Below, one piece after another: positions 40,303-48,861 of a DNA stretch of 48,861 nt (position 1 is its first letter; each line of letters begins with the position of its first letter). The stretch is from NCBI GenBank assembly GCA_043779845.1, contig JAYWDK010000454.1, positions 1 through 48,861 of the forward strand. The letters run 5' to 3'. Source of the stretch: Betaproteobacteria bacterium (GTDB lineage: Bacteria > Pseudomonadota > Gammaproteobacteria > Burkholderiales > Burkholderiaceae_C). The position numbers and the translations under genes are program-made. The notes under the pieces were generated by a model. That model saw only the letters and a list, made by a program, of their open reading frames with translations, was not told where the DNA came from and searched no databases.

Positions 40303-40824
40303 TCAAACTGAAAACTTTTTGGCCAATCCGTCTGGCCGCAAGTTGTCATATTCTTCAAACGGCTGATGAATCCATGGGCTTGTGGCCAGCGGCTCAACAA
40401 AGTAGTCAGGCGTATAGCTGGACACACCCTTCACCCAGATCACCGCGCTGCGCAAATCACGGATAGCTGGCACGCCACGCAGACGCTCAACCACGGCCTT
40501 GAGCGTGACGCCGGAGTCGGACAAGTCGTCAACCAGCAAAACGCGCCCGGCGAGTTCGCCCTTGGGCATGGTGATGTACTTGGCCATGTCAAGCCGGCCC
40601 TGGATGGTGCCAGCGTCAGCCCGGTAGGAGCTGGTCGACATGATCGCCAGGGGCTTGTCAAACACCCTGGACAACACATCACCCGGCCGCATGCCACCAC
40701 GGGCCAGACACAAGATCTGGTCAAACTCCCAACCCGAATTCGCCACCTTGAGCGCCAGGCGCTCGATCAGCATGTGGTACTCGTCCCAGCTCACGTACAG
40801 GTGTTTGCCGTCGTCAGTCAGCAT
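40303..40824 (-). CDS. Type I phosphoribosyltransferase (purine salvage, Gpt/Hpt-like)
   Basis: YVSWDEY, CLARGG, PRPP-binding loop LLVDDLSDSGVT, WIHQPFE. Confidence 0.88.
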   Translation of the reverse strand: MLTDDGKHLYVSWDEYHMLIERLALKVANSGWEFDQILCLARGGMRPGDVLSRVFDKPLAIMSTSSYRADAGTIQGRLDMAKYITMPKGELAGRVLLVDDLSDSGVTLKAVVERLRGVPAIRDLRSAVIWVKGVSSYTPDYFVEPLATSPWIHQPFEEYDNLRPDGLAKKFSV

Positions 40825-40875
40825 GAGATTTCTCCTTGGGATGCAGGTGTTTGGCCGAGCACAGCACGGCCAGGC

Positions 40876-42243
<1,368 letters not shown>

Positions 42244-42269
42244 TCAGCGCACCGGCGCCATTTGCAAGT

Positions 42270-43433
42270 TCAGATCGCACGCACAACCCAATGACCGCCT
42301 GCGGCCACCAGTTCCCGGTCGCAATCAAACTCTTCGCCCTCATGCTCATGGCCCGGCAGGATGCATACCACGGTGTCGCCCTGCTGTCGCAAGCGACGAA
42401 CCGCGTCGCGCAACGAGGCATCCTCGCGCCAAGGCGCCCGCACGGCGGTGCGCCGCGACGGCGACTCGGCGCTTTGGGCCAGCATCTTCAGGTCAGTTGA
42501 AAACCCCACCGCCGGGCGGTTGCGACCAAACACCGCGCCAACCTGGTCATAGCGTCCACCGCGCAACAAGGGCTCACCTGCGCCCGGTGCATAAACCGCA
42601 AAGCGCGCGCCCGAGTAATACGCATAGCCGCCCATGTCGGCCAAATCAAAGCTAACGCGCACGTCGGGATGAGCCTGGCTGATGTGTTGGGCCAACCACG
42701 CCAAATCCGCCAACGCGGCGTTGATCAGTGGCAACGCGGGCAGACATAGGCGCGCTTGTTCGAGCACCGAAACATCACCATACAAAGTGGGCAGCACCAG
42801 CAAACTGGCGCGAACGTCAGCAGGGAAGTCAGCCGTCAAGTCGCGCAGCGCCGCTGCATCCTTGGTGGCCAAAGCGGCCACCAGTTCATTGAGCGCTGAC
42901 GCCTCAAGCGGGACGCCTGACAGCACGGCCCGCACGACGCGTGCGTCGGCGAGATCAAGCACCAGATCTTTGACGCCGGCCGCACGCAGGCAGTCCAGCG
43001 CAAGATCCATCACTTCCAGGTCAGCCTCCAAGCCGGCATGGCCATAAATTTCAGACCCAAGCTGCAGCGGTTCGCGGCTGGCGTGCGGTGATTGGGGTCG
43101 GGTGTGCAGCACGGGTCCGCAATAACAAAGCCGAGTCACACCTTGACGATTAAGCAAGTGGGCATCAATGCGCGCCACCTGGGGCGTGGAATCAGCCCGG
43201 ATGCCCAAAGACCGCCCACTCAGCTGATCAACCAGCTTGAAAGTGCGCAAATCAAGGGCTCGGCCCGTGCCGCTGAGCAGCGACTCCAGATGCTCCATCA
43301 ACGGCGGCATCACCATTTCGAAACCGTAACCACGCGCTATTTCAAGCAAACAGCGACGCAGATCTTCGATACGCCGCGCTTCAGCCGGCAGAACGTCGGC
43401 AATGTGCTCGGGCAGCAGCCAAGCAGAGGACAT
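42270..43433 (-). CDS. hisZ: ATP phosphoribosyltransferase regulatory subunit
   Basis: [44 protein letters not shown]. HisRS-like protein directly upstream of purA. Confidence 0.93.
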   Translation of the reverse strand: MSSAWLLPEHIADVLPAEARRIEDLRRCLLEIARGYGFEMVMPPLMEHLESLLSGTGRALDLRTFKLVDQLSGRSLGIRADSTPQVARIDAHLLNRQGVTRLCYCGPVLHTRPQSPHASREPLQLGSEIYGHAGLEADLEVMDLALDCLRAAGVKDLVLDLADARVVRAVLSGVPLEASALNELVAALATKDAAALRDLTADFPADVRASLLVLPTLYGDVSVLEQARLCLPALPLINAALADLAWLAQHISQAHPDVRVSFDLADMGGYAYYSGARFAVYAPGAGEPLLRGGRYDQVGAVFGRNRPAVGFSTDLKMLAQSAESPSRRTAVRAPWREDASLRDAVRRLRQQGDTVVCILPGHEHEGEEFDCDRELVAAGGHWVVRAI

Positions 43434-43461
43434 TGAAAAATCCGAAGGGATTAAAAAAACG

Positions 43462-43467
43462 ATTGTA
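43462..43467 (-). promoter_or_regulatory. Candidate -10 (TACAAT) for hisZ-purA
   Basis: attgta on + reads TACAAT on -, about 30 bp upstream of the hisZ ATG. Confidence 0.4.
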
Positions 43468-43580
43468 CGGGCGACCCATGACCACGAAGTGCCCGCCAGT
43501 GACCTGGGTGCTCGCGCGTGTCTCGCGTGTCATCTACTCGCCACACCCACTCGCCACACCCGCGAGGGCGGGAGATAGTG

Positions 43581-43766
43581 TCAGTGCCAGGCGGCAAGCA
43601 ACAGCAAACCCAGCACCATGATCGACAAACCGATGAATCGGATTTGCCCGTCTGACAAACGAATGGCGGCCTCAAACACCCGGCGCCACAGGGTTGGGCT
43701 CAAAAACGGCAGCAAGCCTTCAAACACCAACATCAGCGCCAGCGCGCCCAACACCCAGTCCAGCAT
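43581..43766 (-). CDS. DUF2065 (YjeT-like) small membrane protein
   Basis: ALALMLVFEGLLPFLSP..WR......LSDGQIRFIGL; follows hflC as usual. Confidence 0.9.
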   Translation of the reverse strand: MLDWVLGALALMLVFEGLLPFLSPTLWRRVFEAAIRLSDGQIRFIGLSIMVLGLLLLAAWH

Positions 43767-43780
43767 GGCTTGTTGTGGCG

Positions 43781-44698
43781 TCAGCGCTTACGCGCCGGGG
43801 CTGCGGTGGGCGCCGCCACTGCGGCACCAGCTGAGCTGCCGCCACGCATGGCCTTGAAGAAGTCGCTTGAGGGATCCACCACCATCACGTCAGTCTTGCT
43901 TCGGAAGCTCGCGCGGTAAGCCTCCAGGCTGCGGTAGAACTGCGCAAACTGCGGGTCACGGCCAAAGGCGTCGGCGTACAGAGCCGATGCCTTGGCGTCC
44001 CCTTCACCCTTGAGCTTTTGCGCATCCCGGTAAGCCTCGGCAATGATCACCTCGCGCTGCTTGTCAGCGTCCGCGCGGATCTTTTCGCCTTCAGCCGCCC
44101 CCTGCGACCGCAACTCATTGGCCACTTGCTTGCGCTCGGATTCCATGCGTCGGTAGACTGAATCGGTGATGTCGGCGACAAAGTCAACACGCTTGATACG
44201 CACGTCCACGATTTCAATGCCGAAGGCCTTTGCATCATCCTTGAGCCGATTCAACACGTCTTGCATGACCTTGTCACGCTCGGCGGCCAACACGCCACGC
44301 ACGGTGCGGCGGGTGATCTCTTCATTGAATGCGGCCTGCACGACCGGGCCGAGCCGGCTCTCGACGTTGCGGATGTCAGTGCCGTTGTTGCGGATGAATT
44401 GCCGCGGTTCTGAGATGCGCCATTTGACCAACCAGTCGATCACCAGACTCTTCTTCTCGGCCGTGAAAATGGGCCGCGTCTCAGGGCTGTCGAGCGTCTG
44501 GACGCGCTTGTCAAGAAACACCACGTTTTGAAATGGCGGCGGCAGCTTGAACTTGAGTCCAGGCTCTGTCATCACCTCTTTGATTTCACCAAGTGAATAC
44601 ACCACGGCAAGTTGGCGCTGATCCACCACAAAAAGTGTGGAGGCCAGCAGCATCAGCGCCAGCAGCACGCCACCCACGATGAGTCCGATACGGTTCAT
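43781..44698 (-). CDS. hflC: FtsH protease modulator HflC
   Basis: N-terminal TM, SPFH domain (T.EKK.L.ID, DVRIKRV), RMESER, GEGDA, FYRSLEAY. Confidence 0.95.
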   Translation of the reverse strand: MNRIGLIVGGVLLALMLLASTLFVVDQRQLAVVYSLGEIKEVMTEPGLKFKLPPPFQNVVFLDKRVQTLDSPETRPIFTAEKKSLVIDWLVKWRISEPRQFIRNNGTDIRNVESRLGPVVQAAFNEEITRRTVRGVLAAERDKVMQDVLNRLKDDAKAFGIEIVDVRIKRVDFVADITDSVYRRMESERKQVANELRSQGAAEGEKIRADADKQREVIIAEAYRDAQKLKGEGDAKASALYADAFGRDPQFAQFYRSLEAYRASFRSKTDVMVVDPSSDFFKAMRGGSSAGAAVAAPTAAPARKR

Positions 44699-44728
44699 GT
44701 TGTTATGACTCTGTTTTTGGGGTCAGGA

Positions 44729-46063
44729 TCAACGGCCATCGCGGTCGCGACTGCGGCCACCATCGCGTGATCGGGCATCAGCGCCCGCCGCGCCAGCTGC
44801 ACCGGCATCGGTGGGCAGCGCGGCGGCGGGAGGCGCTTGCGGCACCACTTGCACCGTGCCAGTGGCGGCACCCTGTTGCATCAGTTTGTCGAGCGGCAAA
44901 TACAACAAGTTGCTGCCGCTACGGCTGTCAACCATCACCTTGCTGACGCTCGAATAGACCTGTTGCATCGTGTCGATGTACATGCGGTCACGGGTAACCG
45001 TGGGCGCCTTTTGGTACTCGGTCAGCACCGAGCGGAAGCGCTGGGCATCACCATCGGCTTGGGCCACCACGCGCTGGCTATAACCATCGGCCTCTTCACG
45101 CAGGCGGGCCGCCGTGCCGCGCGCCTTGGGGATCACGTCGCTGGCGTAAGCCTGGCCTTCGTTCTTGAAACGATCCCGATCAGCGCCCGCCTTGACCGCG
45201 TCATTGAAGGCGGCAGTCACCTGCTCGGGCACCTGGACGTTTTGAACGTTGACATTGACGATCAGGATACCGGCCTTCAGCCGATCAAGCTGGCCCTGGA
45301 TGGACTTGACCAAATCGGCGGCAATGGCGTCGCGTTGCTCGTAGAGCACGGAGTCAACCTTGCTTTTGCCGACGATCTCGCGCACGGCCGACTCGCTGGC
45401 TTGTTCAACCGCCTTGTCGGTGTCGCGGTTCTCGAACAAGAAGTTCTTTGCGTCCTTCAAGCGGTATTGCACGGTGAACCGGATGTCGATGATATTTTCG
45501 TCCTGCGTGAGCATGGACGAATCACGCAGGCCTGTGGTTTGCGCGACGCCGCTGCGACCAATTTCAGCAGAGCGCAACTGCGTGACGGAAACTGTCTCGT
45601 TGGCCTGGAACGGGTACGGAAACCGCCACTGGAACCCGGCATCCACCGTGGAACTGTAGCGGCCAAAGGTGGTGATGATGGACTGTTGGCCTTCTTGAAC
45701 GATGAAAAAACCGCTGCCGGCCCACACCACAAACACCACAAAAGCGATCAGGCCCACGCCAATGCCCGCACTTTTCATGTCGGGCTGAAATGACGGACCA
45801 TCGTTGCCCGGATCGCGCGGCGGTTGACCATTGCCACCGCCCTTGGCGTTGAACAGGCCGCTGAGTTTCTTGTTGAAATCGCGCCACAACTCGTCCAGAT
45901 CGGGCGGGCCGTCATTGCGCCCATTGGCCATCAGCAGAGGCTTGGCTGATCGACGGCGCAAGGCGCCCACTAGCAACTGCCGCAGGGCATCCGCCAAGGC
46001 GGCAAGGCGCAAACGCAGCGGCAACAAGGTGGTGTCGGGCGAGGATTTGGGGTACATGTTCAT
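44729..46063 (-). CDS. hflK: FtsH protease modulator HflK
   Basis: GPPDLDELWRDF, MLTQDENI, ES.VRE.VG, AFND, P.VTR.R.Y, LYLPLDKL. ATGA overlap with the hflX stop. Confidence 0.95.
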   Translation of the reverse strand: MNMYPKSSPDTTLLPLRLRLAALADALRQLLVGALRRRSAKPLLMANGRNDGPPDLDELWRDFNKKLSGLFNAKGGGNGQPPRDPGNDGPSFQPDMKSAGIGVGLIAFVVFVVWAGSGFFIVQEGQQSIITTFGRYSSTVDAGFQWRFPYPFQANETVSVTQLRSAEIGRSGVAQTTGLRDSSMLTQDENIIDIRFTVQYRLKDAKNFLFENRDTDKAVEQASESAVREIVGKSKVDSVLYEQRDAIAADLVKSIQGQLDRLKAGILIVNVNVQNVQVPEQVTAAFNDAVKAGADRDRFKNEGQAYASDVIPKARGTAARLREEADGYSQRVVAQADGDAQRFRSVLTEYQKAPTVTRDRMYIDTMQQVYSSVSKVMVDSRSGSNLLYLPLDKLMQQGAATGTVQVVPQAPPAAALPTDAGAAGAAGADARSRDGGRSRDRDGR

Positions 46064-47325
46064 GTCGTCGACGGTGTTTGCGGGTGGCCATCAAGCGCCG
46101 ACTCTTCCAGCGGCTCAATTGGGGCCTGCCCCGGTGGATTCAAGCCCTTGGCCGACGCGGCCTGGGCGATCATTTTGCGCAATAAATCAATGCCAGTGCC
46201 CTGCAAGGCGCTCACAAAGACGCGGGGAATCGCCCCGCCGCCCGTGAGCTCAATCCAGTCTTGCAGCTCACGAGGCGGCGCGTCCATCTGGTCAACTTTG
46301 TTGAACACCAGAATCTGTGGCACATCGCCCGCGCCGATGTCATGCAACACCTTTTCAACTTCATCCCGCTGGGCTTGCAGCGCGGGGCTGGACGCGTCCA
46401 CCACGTGCAACAACAGATCCGCGTCACAGGCCTCTTGCAAGGTGGCCTCAAAAGCCTCAACCAGTTTGTGCGGCAGGTCGCGGATAAAACCAACGGTGTC
46501 CGACAGCGACACGCTGCCGCCCAGATCCTCAAGGTAGAGCGAGCGGGTGGTTGTGTCGAGCGTGGCAAATAACTGATCAGCCGCGTAGGCGCGAGCCTTG
46601 ACCAAGGTGTTGAACAAAGTGGACTTGCCGGCGTTGGTGTAACCAACCAACGAGACGCGAAAACTACCACTGTTGCGCCGCTTGTCGCGCTGCGTGCCGC
46701 GCTGGCGTTTGACCTTGTCCAGCTTGGCCTTGAGCGCTTTGACGCGCTCGCCAATCATGCGTTTGTCCAACTCGATCTGGGCCTCGCCTGGGCCGCCGCG
46801 CTGGCCTGCGCCGCCGGTTTGTCGCTCCAGGTGACTCCAGCGCCGCACGAGGCGGCTAGACAGGTATTGCAGGCGAGCCAACTCGACCTGCAACTTGCCC
46901 TCGTGGCTTTGCGCGCGTTGGCCAAAAATTTCAAGAATCAGCGCGGTGCGGTCAGCCACCGACACACCCAAATGACGCTCAAGATTGCGCTGCTGGGCAG
47001 GCGACAACGCCTGATCAAAGATGACGCCTTGTGCGCCATGCATCTGCACAAGCGTCTTGATTTCATCGGCCTTGCCGCTGCCCACAAACAGCGACGGATC
47101 GGGCGCTTTGCGGCGCGCTACTACACGTGCGACGGTCAAGTCACCAGCGCTTTCGGCCAGTAGTGATAACTCGTCGAGCGTGGGGTCAAAGTACTGCTTG
47201 TTGCCAAAGTCGACGCCCACAAGCACCACGCGAGCCGGACCATCACTGGTCAGCTTCGGGTCGTCCCGTTCGTCGGGGTTCAAGATGGCGGCAGGGGGTG
47301 CAGGCTTGCCCGGCGTGCGCGTCAA
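46060..47325 (-). CDS. hflX: GTPase HflX
   Basis: [56 protein letters not shown]. Confidence 0.96.
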   Translation of the reverse strand: MTRTPGKPAPPAAILNPDERDDPKLTSDGPARVVLVGVDFGNKQYFDPTLDELSLLAESAGDLTVARVVARRKAPDPSLFVGSGKADEIKTLVQMHGAQGVIFDQALSPAQQRNLERHLGVSVADRTALILEIFGQRAQSHEGKLQVELARLQYLSSRLVRRWSHLERQTGGAGQRGGPGEAQIELDKRMIGERVKALKAKLDKVKRQRGTQRDKRRNSGSFRVSLVGYTNAGKSTLFNTLVKARAYAADQLFATLDTTTRSLYLEDLGGSVSLSDTVGFIRDLPHKLVEAFEATLQEACDADLLLHVVDASSPALQAQRDEVEKVLHDIGAGDVPQILVFNKVDQMDAPPRELQDWIELTGGGAIPRVFVSALQGTGIDLLRKMIAQAASAKGLNPPGQAPIEPLEESALDGHPQTPSTT

Positions 47326-47564
47326 GCCGGATCGACCGGCTCAACGGCGTGGAAGTTCACCGGGCGACCGGGCACCACGGTGGAGATGGCATGCTTGTAA
47401 ACCATCTGGGTCACGGTATTGCGCAGCAACACGACATACTGGTCAAACGACTCGATGTGGCCCTGCAATTTGATGCCATTGACGAGGTAGATCGAGACCG
47501 GAACATGCTCTTTGCGCAGCAGGTTCAGGAAGGGGTCTTGAAGGAGTTGTCCTTTGTTGCTCAC
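47322..47564 (-). CDS. hfq: RNA chaperone Hfq
   Basis: [45 protein letters not shown]. Confidence 0.98.
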   Translation of the reverse strand: MSNKGQLLQDPFLNLLRKEHVPVSIYLVNGIKLQGHIESFDQYVVLLRNTVTQMVYKHAISTVVPGRPVNFHAVEPVDPA

Positions 47565-47668
47565 GATATGGCTCCGTGTTGAAAAGTTCTGAAGAGATCA
47601 CGTTATCACATCAGGGAAAGCGCTGATGTGGAGGAAAAAAGCCCATAAATGCGGCCAAGTCATCCGAG

Positions 47669-48861
47669 TCAAGATTGGTCGAATGGGTTCCGCGACGACT
47701 TGAATTGAATGCGCAAAGGCGTGCCCACCAGTTTGAAATGCTCGCGCACCCGGCCTTCGATGTATCGCTTGTACACCTCGGTCACGTTCTCCAGACCCGT
47801 GCCGTGAATCACCACGATGGGCGGGTTCATGCCGCCTTGGTGGGCGTAGCGCAGTTTGGGAACGAAAGCGCCATTGCGCCTGGGTGCCTGGTGTTGCACG
47901 GCCTCTTGCAGCAAGCGCGTGAGCACCGGCGTTGACATCTTGCGCGTGGCTGAGGCATGGGCGTCGGCAATGGCCTTCCAGACGGGCGCCAAGCCCTGGC
48001 GCTTGATGGCCGAGATCTTGAGCACGGACGCAAATTTCAAGAACGACAAGCGCGTCTCGATCGAGCGATCCAGCGTCTCGCGCTGGTAGGCGTCCACCGC
48101 GTCCCACTTGTTGACGGCCACCACCACGGCGCGGCCGCTTTCGAGCACATAACCCGCAATGTGGGCGTCTTGCTCGCTGACGCCTTGGGTGGCGTCGATC
48201 AACAGCAGCACCACGTTGGCGTCGGAGATCGCCTGCAGGGTTTTGACCACTGAAAACTTCTCGACGGCCTCGAAGACCTTGCCTTTGCGGCGCAGGCCCG
48301 CTGTGTCGATCAACTCGAATTTTTCACCACCACGCTCAAACGGAATGCTGATGGCGTCACGCGTGGTGCCCGGTTGGTCAAAAGCCACTAGGCGCTCTTC
48401 GCCCAACCAGGTGTTGATGAGCGTGCTCTTGCCCACGTTGGGCCGCCCGGCCACCGCCAGACGGATGGGTTTGCCTTCAAGTGAATCGGCGTCTTCGTCT
48501 TCTTCGGGCTCGGCAAAATCAGCCAGCGCGGCTTCGACCAAACTGCGAATGCCCTGGCCGTGCGAGGCTGAAATCGGATGCGGTTCACCCATGCCGAGTT
48601 CATGAAACTCAGCCAGCAGTGGCGAATCGCTCAGGCCCTCGGCCTTGTTGACGCACAGCAAGACCCGCTTGTTGGCGCCCCGCAAATAACGCGCAATGTC
48701 ATGGTCCTGGCCAGACACACCATTGCGGGCATCGACCACAAAGATCACGGCATCGGCCTCGGCCACGGCGGCCTTGGTCTGGCGCGCCATCATGGCCACC
48801 ACGCCGGTGGGTTTTTCAGGTTCAAAACCACCGGTGTCGATGACGATGAACTCATGGCCGC
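47669..48861 (-). CDS. der: Ribosome biogenesis GTPase Der (5' end beyond the window)
   Basis: Frame stays open to the right edge (VIDTGG); second G-domain [24 protein letters not shown]; C-terminal [17 protein letters not shown]. Confidence 0.96.
   Translation of the reverse strand, partial: GHEFIVIDTGGFEPEKPTGVVAMMARQTKAAVAEADAVIFVVDARNGVSGQDHDIARYLRGANKRVLLCVNKAEGLSDSPLLAEFHELGMGEPHPISASHGQGIRSLVEAALADFAEPEEDEDADSLEGKPIRLAVAGRPNVGKSTLINTWLGEERLVAFDQPGTTRDAISIPFERGGEKFELIDTAGLRRKGKVFEAVEKFSVVKTLQAISDANVVLLLIDATQGVSEQDAHIAGYVLESGRAVVVAVNKWDAVDAYQRETLDRSIETRLSFLKFASVLKISAIKRQGLAPVWKAIADAHASATRKMSTPVLTRLLQEAVQHQAPRRNGAFVPKLRYAHQGGMNPPIVVIHGTGLENVTEVYKRYIEGRVREHFKLVGTPLRIQFKSSRNPFDQS

Noticed and set aside
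45932-46063. 44-aa extension before the HflK GPPDLDE motif
   Set aside because: It could be a start-site ambiguity (second ATG at 45931); the ATGA overlap with hflX supports the long form, and variable HflK N-termini are unremarkable.

Overview
High-GC betaproteobacterial chromosome segment; gene order and protein style suggest Burkholderiales (an inference). About two thirds is ordinary core genome: divergent ppsA/ppsR; the rpsB-tsf-pyrH-frr-uppS-cdsA-dxr-rseP-bamA-skp-lpxD-fabZ-lpxA-lpxB-rnhB-TrmH superoperon; nnr; rnr; tRNA-Leu(CAG); and der-hfq-hflX-hflK-hflC-DUF2065-hisZ-purA-PRTase. The accessory part (about 4.9-17.5 kb) holds the best candidate for an undescribed system: an IclR-linked catabolic module with an SCP2-type thiolase, an acyl-CoA ligase, a TRAP importer (DctP plus fused DctQM) and a tandem PPC/DUF296 protein with one intact His-triad metal site, but no acyl-CoA dehydrogenase or hydratase. 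Also present are a YgiQ radical SAM gene, an XRE-cupin/Ttr-like GNAT pair with twin operators, an SDR, an amidase/D-amino-acid dehydrogenase pair, a probable remnant of a fused TRAP permease gene, and several 12-13 bp tandem duplications. No CRISPR array, integrase, transposase or prophage gene was recognised. All family calls come from motif recognition by eye, not database searches.
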